Shown here: positions 17,966 to 25,500 of the stretch, piece after piece | Layout of the letters: each line of letters opens with the position of its first letter | How positions within the stretch are numbered: position 1 is the stretch's first letter | Origin: a virus | Length of the DNA: 64,000 nt | Strand: one strand, 5' to 3' | IMG/VR virus record: IMGVR_UViG_3300027861_002706 | Coordinates: 1 to 64,000 of that record | Notes under the pieces: model-generated | The model's input: the letters and a program-made list of their open reading frames with translations, nothing else | Databases searched by the model: none | Told to the model about the DNA's origin: nothing | Program-made: the position numbers and the translations under genes

Positions 17966-18813
17966 ATAGTAAAATGAAAACAGCATGCTTAATCTACGCA
18001 ACGAAAAGTTTCCACGAAAGGTTAGCTCATTGTGCACTTAGAAGTTTTAAAAAATGGCACCCAACTATCCCTGTAATAGGGGTTAAGACTGATCACGTTA
18101 CTCCTGATATAGAAATGTCAGAGTTGGACGAAGAGATGCTTATGGTTATAGGTATACGGAAATATGCTCTTGCAAGTAGAGCTATGAAAGAGAATAACCT
18201 AGATAAGATTATAATTCTAGGGTCTGATACTATTACCTGTGGAGTACTAGATGAATTTATAGACAATAACTCAGCAGACATCCTAGCAACTTTGGATTAC
18301 CCATACCCTATATCTACCGCCGTATTTAATGGACAAGGGTATGAACATTTAAATGCTGATGTTGTATGTTTTAACTCTACGGAAGCTATTGATAGTATTG
18401 TTGAAAGAAGCCCTGCGCACGGTCATTGGTGTGAGCAAGGTGGTTTAAATGAAGTGTACTATACATCTGGATTTAAATGTGAAACCGTAGACTCCCCATA
18501 TAATGAATCTAATGTTGCATATAATGTTAGATCCAAAGGTAATACAGTAGCATCCCCTATGACTCAATGGGAATACACTAATAAGTTTATAGTTAGAGAT
18601 TCTAAGTTACTCATACCTACTCCCACCTTACAAACTAGATTGAAGCATTTGAAAGTATGGCATTATTGTGAAGGGTTCGGATGTTTGGATTACACATCCC
18701 AGAAAGAACGTATGGATTATTGGTTTACTAAAGGGTTTAACGAAGAAACTAAAAAATTCTTTAAAGAAGAGTGTGATTGCGGGGATTTCTTTGATGGAGA
18801 TTTTACACTATGA
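17959..18813 (+). CDS. Putative GT-A fold glycosyltransferase (GT8/GT77-like)
   Basis: ALRSFKKWHP, IIILGSDTI (degenerate DxD), LNADVVCF, EQGGLN; operon context. Confidence 0.55.
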   Translation: MVDSKMKTACLIYATKSFHERLAHCALRSFKKWHPTIPVIGVKTDHVTPDIEMSELDEEMLMVIGIRKYALASRAMKENNLDKIIILGSDTITCGVLDEFIDNNSADILATLDYPYPISTAVFNGQGYEHLNADVVCFNSTEAIDSIVERSPAHGHWCEQGGLNEVYYTSGFKCETVDSPYNESNVAYNVRSKGNTVASPMTQWEYTNKFIVRDSKLLIPTPTLQTRLKHLKVWHYCEGFGCLDYTSQKERMDYWFTKGFNEETKKFFKEECDCGDFFDGDFTL

Positions 18814-19709
18814 AAGTAGTAGTTACAGGAGGCTCGGGATTTCTAGGAACTAGGCTTCAATTAAAAAACCCAGATTGGATTTATATTTCATCAAAAGACG
18901 CAGACTTAACCAATTATAATGAGTGTATAAACCTTTTCAACAAGTACACTCCCGACGCAATCATACACTTGGCTGCTAAAGTAGGAGGTATCAAGGAGAA
19001 TGCTACGAAACCTGCCGAATTCTATGATATTAATATACAGGTAAATACTAATGTTTTAAAAGCCTCATACAAGTGTGGCATTAAACGAGTTTTATCCTGT
19101 TTGAGTACTTGCACCTTCCCTGATGCAGTTTCGTCCTACCCTTTCTCAGAAGATAATATATTCGATGGACCTCCCGCTATTACTAATAGGGCTTACGGAT
19201 TCACAAAAAGGGCTTTGTACATTCAAACTCTAGCATATAGAGAGCAGTATGGAGTTAATTATTCCTGCTTCTGCCCTTCTAACCTTTACGGACCTAATGA
19301 TAATTTTGATTTGGAGTCTTCCCACTTCGTACCTGCTCTTATAAGGAAATTAGAAGAATCTGAAGATGGAGATAGTTTAGAGTTATGGGGAACTGGAAAT
19401 CCAAAGAGACAGCAACTTTATGTCGATGACTTAGCAGAGATCATCCCCATACTATTGGAAAAACATAATTCGGACATACCTCTTATCGTTGCACCGAATG
19501 AAAACTTTAGTATAAAGGAGATGGCAGATATCAGTAGATCTATAATAGGTCGAGAGATAACTTTCACATTCAATGGAAGCCTTGATGGACAGTTTAGAAA
19601 GGATGGGTCTAATGAAAAGTTTAAAGAGCTCGTCCCAGACTTCGAATTTACTTCTTTTAAGAAAGGATTAAAGCAAACTTATGAGTGGTTTAAAGAAAGA
19701 ACAAGATGA
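18810..19709 (+). CDS. fcl: GDP-L-fucose synthase
   Basis: TGGSGFLG, HLAAKVGGI, LSTC, YGFTK, PSNLYGPNDNF, SHFVPALIRK, WGTGNPKRQ. Confidence 0.93.
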   Translation: MKVVVTGGSGFLGTRLQLKNPDWIYISSKDADLTNYNECINLFNKYTPDAIIHLAAKVGGIKENATKPAEFYDINIQVNTNVLKASYKCGIKRVLSCLSTCTFPDAVSSYPFSEDNIFDGPPAITNRAYGFTKRALYIQTLAYREQYGVNYSCFCPSNLYGPNDNFDLESSHFVPALIRKLEESEDGDSLELWGTGNPKRQQLYVDDLAEIIPILLEKHNSDIPLIVAPNENFSIKEMADISRSIIGREITFTFNGSLDGQFRKDGSNEKFKELVPDFEFTSFKKGLKQTYEWFKERTR

Positions 19710-20340
19710 TTTTAATTGGGAGATGTACACCACCCTATACTATGAGAGAGAGATGGTAGAGGGACTCCAAAGACGGGATTCGCTCGACATGTTGGTAAAG
19801 AGTTCTTATGTTGATCGAGCCTTAGAGCCTAAAGTGGTATACTCGGATAACCTGCACTCTAATTGGAAAGAGTTATATAATCAGATATGTACGCTAGGGG
19901 TTAGCTCTGTCTTTGAATGTGGTACTGGATGTGCCCATCATTTAATTAACATATGCAAGCTTTGTCCTGAAATAATGATTAATGGTTGTGATTATTCCCA
20001 ATCTCAAATAGACTTAGGGTACAAGTATTTCTCCTTAATAGAGTATTCCTTTGCTAAAAGACTTAAGATAGTAGATATGACTACTCAAGAAGCTACAAAA
20101 GGACTACCTACCTCTGAATTTGTATATACGCAAGCTGTAACTATGCATCTAAGTTGGGATAGAGCTAAAAAGTTCTTAACTAATATGGGAAAGTTATCTA
20201 GTAAGTATGTCTATTTGATCGAAAATATTTATGCGCATGATTACTCCGCACTATTGAAAGAAGCTTTACCTGAGTTTGAAATAGCATCCGCTAATTCTGA
20301 TTATATTATAGGAGCAATCTTATTAAAGAGGAAAAGATGA
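19681..20340 (+). CDS. Class I SAM-dependent methyltransferase
   Basis: VFECGTGCAHHL motif I, GCDYSQSQI, VYTQAVTMH. Confidence 0.8.
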   Translation: MSGLKKEQDDFNWEMYTTLYYEREMVEGLQRRDSLDMLVKSSYVDRALEPKVVYSDNLHSNWKELYNQICTLGVSSVFECGTGCAHHLINICKLCPEIMINGCDYSQSQIDLGYKYFSLIEYSFAKRLKIVDMTTQEATKGLPTSEFVYTQAVTMHLSWDRAKKFLTNMGKLSSKYVYLIENIYAHDYSALLKEALPEFEIASANSDYIIGAILLKRKR

Positions 20341-20598
20341 TCAATCTGCTCCTAATATGGGCTCTATAGTTACATATCTTACTCTAGTGACGGCGCCCTT
20401 TGGTATAGATGTAACACTACCTACTGTGTCGTCGTCGTGTGAGTACGTAGAGCATATCACAACAGCCTTGTCGTCATTCCTGAGTACATACCCCATGGTA
20501 ACAAACCTCTGTGGTTCGATGAGCTGAGCCTCTTCTTGGGTCCGCCACTCATCATCCCCTATAATATCTAGCCACTCTACTATTACTGCTTTTAGCAT
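20341..20598 (-). CDS. Small conserved-type phage hypothetical protein
   Basis: VEWLD...W...P...TMGY...IPKGAV pattern typical of small phage proteins; last gene of the minus-strand block. Confidence 0.7.
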   Translation of the reverse strand: MLKAVIVEWLDIIGDDEWRTQEEAQLIEPQRFVTMGYVLRNDDKAVVICSTYSHDDDTVGSVTSIPKGAVTRVRYVTIEPILGAD

Positions 20599-20599
20599 T

Positions 20600-20878
20600 T
20601 TATCTTCTATCTTCTATGAACTCTTCCCAATTAAACTTATGTATTGTCCAGCCCGAGAACTGAGACATATCTACAGTACCATACTCTACTATCTCATTCT
20701 TCTCTGAATCATATAATCCCACTCTGGCTGTACCTGATGCGTTAAGTATAAGCATTGCAGAGTCCGGATGTCTGACTATCGTATCAGGTTTAGCCGGTGT
20801 GCCGCTACACCCCGTTATCAATCCGATCATTAATATCGTCGATAATGCTATCATCAAGCTCTTCCCTGAGGTCTTCAT
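20600..20878 (-). CDS. Lipoprotein, putative o-spanin
   Basis: Basic N-terminus, hydrophobic stretch and lipobox LITG-C; its 5' part is embedded in the upstream gene in another frame. Confidence 0.65.
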   Translation of the reverse strand: MKTSGKSLMIALSTILMIGLITGCSGTPAKPDTIVRHPDSAMLILNASGTARVGLYDSEKNEIVEYGTVDMSQFSGWTIHKFNWEEFIEDRR

Positions 20879-20987
20879 TGTTACCTACCTGTCTAATTGA
20901 GCTGCTAGATCTATTCTTTTTAGTAAAGAACCAGTCTACTAGTAAGCCGAGTATAGATTTAAGTATACCCTTAAGCTTATCTAACAC
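20805..20987 (-). CDS. Small membrane-associated protein, putative i-spanin
   Basis: Amphipathic/hydrophobic N-terminus ILKSILGLLVDWFF plus acidic tail; 74-bp overlap with the lipoprotein gene. Confidence 0.5.
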   Translation of the reverse strand: MLDKLKGILKSILGLLVDWFFTKKNRSSSSIRQVGNNEDLREELDDSIIDDINDRIDNGV

Positions 20988-21310
20988 TATGATATCTCTA
21001 AAACGGCAGCTATTACATCTATAGTCGTCGCGTTGCCTGCTGTGACTTGTATGGCATCACTCGCCTCTAAGACTAATGTGCCGTCTATTATCTGTAAAGA
21101 GGAGTTGGCTGGCAAATCAGCTGCAGTCACGATTGAGGCCACGTTACCTCCTTGCTCTCGTACGACTACCGTCACAGTTGTGTCTGACGCAGTAGTATTA
21201 GAGCAGTATATGGACTTAACTATAGATGTAGTTAGGGCAGGCGCAGTATATAACGTGGTTGCGCTAGTGGGGACATCAACTAACGAGGCGTTCTTATATG
21301 TATTTGCCAT
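20987..21310 (-). CDS. Small beta-rich virion/fibre-associated protein
   Basis: MANTYKNA...TTLYTAP...LVLEASDAIQVTA pattern, seen beside fibre genes in aquatic phages. Confidence 0.65.
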   Translation of the reverse strand: MANTYKNASLVDVPTSATTLYTAPALTTSIVKSIYCSNTTASDTTVTVVVREQGGNVASIVTAADLPANSSLQIIDGTLVLEASDAIQVTAGNATTIDVIAAVLEIS

Positions 21311-21672
21311 TAGGGTAATTCTCCAGTTACTTCCGTTAGTCCTATGGCATCAAGCATCTCAATAAAGCTACATGCTTGGCCGACTGAGGTTACATTACTT
21401 GCCTGGACTACGTGTGTGTCAGGATCCACTCTAGCATAGGAAAGGGTAGTTAGCTCCCCCATTCTTGCTTGCATTCCAGTGAGCATATCTTGAGTAGACA
21501 TGGTATTAGCGCCCAGGTGTGTAGCAGGATATTCTGCGTCTGCAGATATTTCTATGTTAAAGCTATATACATCATCTGGATTGTTAGTTACACCAGTAGC
21601 TATCTCTTGAGCTAGTGTATGGTCGGAGGTATTTATCACGAGGTAGTGTCTATATATCCAATCACTAGGCAT
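21310..21672 (-). CDS. Hypothetical protein, possible fibre chaperone
   Basis: Directly follows the LamG gene; ISADAEYPATHLG motif. Confidence 0.55.
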   Translation of the reverse strand: MPSDWIYRHYLVINTSDHTLAQEIATGVTNNPDDVYSFNIEISADAEYPATHLGANTMSTQDMLTGMQARMGELTTLSYARVDPDTHVVQASNVTSVGQACSFIEMLDAIGLTEVTGELP

Positions 21673-22562
21673 TATGGTGCTCCTGCAAAGTAAATATGAT
21701 TGCTCGGTAATGGGATATTATATTTTGCGGATAAATATCCCTCCATTTTCTGTCTATCGGATGTACTAATCATTGTATTAAATACTGCAGCTTCATACAT
21801 ATAATCTTGATATATACCATTAGATCCATTACCCTTACTACCTAAGGTATATGTAGTTAAATCAACATTATCTCTAGAGATATACGCGATATGACCACCA
21901 CTACCATTAAACCATACATACAAGTCAGTTATATTACCTGATCTATATTCTATTCCCATGCACATTATTGCAGGATAAGAATGCCCTAAATCTGTACCTA
22001 GCTGCATGGATCTATTATGTTGATTACTTCCATCATTCCTATATATAGTGATTTTGTTAGTAGATACGCTACCGTCTGTATCCACAAACATTCTTACTGC
22101 TAAATGCTTATGTGCATTTGTTTGACCAGAAGAATCATTGAAAGAAATCAAGTATTTATTCCCTGAATAGTTTATAATCTCCGCGACTACTATCATAAAG
22201 AAGTTATAGTTACTAGTAGAGGGGAATGAATCCGTGAATAAATCATCTCCTCCGTCAAAATACAAGGCGTCATATCCATTCAATTGATGATCTGTCTTAT
22301 ATGTAGGCTTTTTACTAGTAGTAGACTGTGCAAGAGTAAGACCATTCCCGCTACTATCAGACCAAGAGGCAACTGGATCATTATGGTTAAGACTAAGTGT
22401 GTCTACCTTATGCCAAGCCTCCAGCGTAGCAATGTCTGTAGGAGTGAATTTAGCAGCAGAACTATGGAGTCTCCCTCGTTTTCTCTCCTTGAGATGTTGG
22501 TTCAACGACATCATTCCTTTTTCAGGAACGTGTCGCCGGTCTATACCTATTCTTTTAGTCAT
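21672..22562 (-). CDS. LamG/concanavalin-A-like lectin domain protein (receptor-binding candidate)
   Basis: FTPTDI..LEAW, SWSDSSGNG, KPTY, LYFDGGDD, RQKMEGYLSAKY. Confidence 0.8.
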   Translation of the reverse strand: MTKRIGIDRRHVPEKGMMSLNQHLKERKRGRLHSSAAKFTPTDIATLEAWHKVDTLSLNHNDPVASWSDSSGNGLTLAQSTTSKKPTYKTDHQLNGYDALYFDGGDDLFTDSFPSTSNYNFFMIVVAEIINYSGNKYLISFNDSSGQTNAHKHLAVRMFVDTDGSVSTNKITIYRNDGSNQHNRSMQLGTDLGHSYPAIMCMGIEYRSGNITDLYVWFNGSGGHIAYISRDNVDLTTYTLGSKGNGSNGIYQDYMYEAAVFNTMISTSDRQKMEGYLSAKYNIPLPSNHIYFAGAP

Positions 22563-22566
22563 GTTA

Positions 22567-25500
22567 TTATCCTATAAACCAAGCAAATGCTTCTGCAGGA
22601 GTAAGATCAGAAGACCCGCCACCACCAGGAAGATTTCCTATTTGAACTTTCTTTTTAGCATGCAGTGCTGCACTATCTTCAATGATAAGAAGGTCTGCCG
22701 ATACCGGAGTTGTCTTTTCAGTAAGAGACGATATTTCAGCCGCGACATTATCATGGATAGCAGTTCCATCTGCTCCATCATCAACTGTCGGGTTAGGATA
22801 GGTACCGCCTAGATCACCACCGGCTGATCCATTTGGTGGACGACTAGCACTTGAGTCATCCAATGTGGCATCAGTAACAACAGCGTTTAATTCAGCTAGA
22901 GTTCCGGCATCAAGATTACCTATGTCTGTATTATGCGGATTAGTTTTACTGCTGAGATGGGTATCTATGGTAGCATGAGTATTACTGCCTACATTTTGTA
23001 TAGCAGTATGGTCTATATCGCCTTCAATAAAGTGTACTGTTCCGCTAGCAGTATGCGCATTAAAATCTACTAATGCAGCCTTAGTATCTCCTAAGGTATC
23101 TACATATGTTTTATTGGCTGCATCGAGAGTTGATCCAGGAGCTTTTGTAACTGTTAGTGTTTTGCCAGCTGGAATAGTAAGACTACCTGATATAGTTTGA
23201 TCACCAGTAGCAGTTTTATCAAGATATACATCTGAAAGATCTCCATGGTTAAAGTTCTTCGGCATATTAGCCGTAGACCCTCCTGGAAGATCAGCAGGAT
23301 TTAGATTCTTAATAGTCGATTCAATGCCGATATAATCTATATGGGCCTGTTGATAGTAAAGGGCAAGATTTGAACCTGCATTGATATAATGCCCAGTCTC
23401 AGGAACAAGTTTAAGATATATATTGTCTCCAGTAAATGGATTTATTATTGCAGGCGAGTGTATCACTCCGATCGCGTTTGTTGGAACAATATTTCCTGTG
23501 GCTAAGACGCTTCCAGTAGTATGTACTCCTCCTGTTACGGAGACAGGATAGATAGAGTAATCCATAGAGACTAAGTAGATGGCATTGCCAGCTTTACTCA
23601 TATGTACGTGGACTTCTTCAATAGTAGATTCATATCCTGGCTCGATAATATTTGTATTATATTCTTTATATTCTATCACTGGATCAGTGTAAGTATCATC
23701 AACATCGTCGGTTATAGTATTGCCATGTATCGAATCAGCTAAAGTAAATGATTCGGATTGAAAATCATGTTCGAATAGATGTATATGACGATTAACAAAT
23801 TTAGAAACACTAGTATCCCAAACTAGCGAATCCATTCCACTTACATTTGTTACAGATACATCCGCTAATCCAGCAATACTAGTGAAGTGTATGTCTGTGT
23901 CACTGGTGTGGAGTATAATGGTTGCAGACTGAGCATTAAAGTTATCAACGGTGGCATAGCTACCGAAGTCAACTATCTGGGACTCAGTGATATCTATCTC
24001 ACCAGTCGTGAAGTGGATGCCCGTGTCGCCAGTGTGTGGTACAAACTCACTGGTTAATGTATATTGTGGGTGGTCATTGTCGGATAGCCCAAGTATGTTC
24101 CCGTGATCTATCTCACCAGTAGTGAAGTGGATGCTCGCATCACCGGTGTGACCTGTAAAGTTGCCACTGAGGTCGTTAACATAAGTGTTGGTAGCATATG
24201 TGCCAAGGTCAACTATCTGGGACTCAGTGATACTGATCTGGCTTGTTGTAAAGTGGATGCCCGTGTCACCAGTATGCCCTGTCATGGCTGTGACATGGTT
24301 ATCTATATCATCATGACTGTTAATACCTATGTTAGTTATAAGAGTGTGATTGATATCGCCTTGAGTAAAGTGGATATCGGCATTACCTGTGTGCCCTGTA
24401 AAGTTGCCACTAAGAGTATCAACATCACTGCTACTACCGGCTGGAACCCACGCCGGCATAGCATCTATTCCTCTAGTTTCCAGCACGTATCCACTATTAG
24501 CGGCGTCTAATTCTATCCAGTCTCCTCCGCTGTTAATCAGAATGGAGCCAGTGTCTGTGTTATTTTCAGTAACATTACCAAAATTATCTAAAGATACTCC
24601 AGCATATGCCACACTTCCAGGGGTAGAAACCCATCCTCCATAGGCAGTCTGGTATATTAAAAAATGTCCCTGGGTGGCGTGGGCGGGGTATCCAGGAGTA
24701 GATGGATGGCTTACATCACCTATATCAATCAGGCCTGTTATTGAAGCAGTTGCCCATGATGGATAGCCATCGGAGCCTTGCTGCAGAAACAGTCCAGTAT
24801 TGTCAGTACCTGTGACTAGTCCTGTTAAAGTTGATCCAGTACCATAATATATTGATCCATCGTCGATTGGATTAGGAGTATCTGAAAGACCGATGAAGTC
24901 ACTAGCGCCGGCGCCGGCGCTACCACTCACATTAGCAGGTTTCCAAGTTCCACCTGTGAATGTTAATACTTGTCCTGCAGAAGGAGAAATAGCAGATACG
25001 TCATCTAATCCAGTAAGCTTAGTGAAGTGTATGTCCGCGTTACTGATATGCGGTATAAAATCACTAGTTAATGTGTACTGGGGGTGGTCATTGTCAAGTA
25101 GCCCAGCTATGTTTCCGTGATCTATCTCACCTGTAGTAAAGTGAATGCTTGCATCCCCAGTGTGCCCTGTGAAGTTGCCACTAAGAGTATCAATATCACC
25201 GACACCACCAGCTGGAACCCACGCCGGCAAAGCATCTGTTCCTCTTGTCTCCAAGACATATCCGCTATTAGCAGGGTCTAGCTCTATCCACGTTGCACCG
25301 CTGTTAATTAGAAGAGAACCAGTGTTTATATTGTCTACAGTGACGTTACTTAAATAACCGAAAGGTATCCGTTCCGCCATAATAGCGGGAGTTACCGGAA
25401 CCCAAAAACCTGAGTCGGTTAGGTTTGCTTCATATACTAGAACCTTCCACGGCTCGGGTGCTCCATATACTTCGAAATTAACATCTGTTAATCCAGATAG

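Noticed and set aside
15693-19709. GDP-colitose pathway (Gmd + ColD + ColC)
   Set aside because: The PLP enzyme has the PAHH and CYC...CG.RF Fe-S signature of RfbH/DdhC rather than the ColD SHH type. Not strictly excluded without an assay.
8695-20340. Bacterial O-antigen/capsule locus (cellular DNA)
   Set aside because: There are no wzx/wzy/wzm/wzt or initiating transferase genes, and the block is gene-coupled to a phage primase-helicase operon and abuts virion genes.
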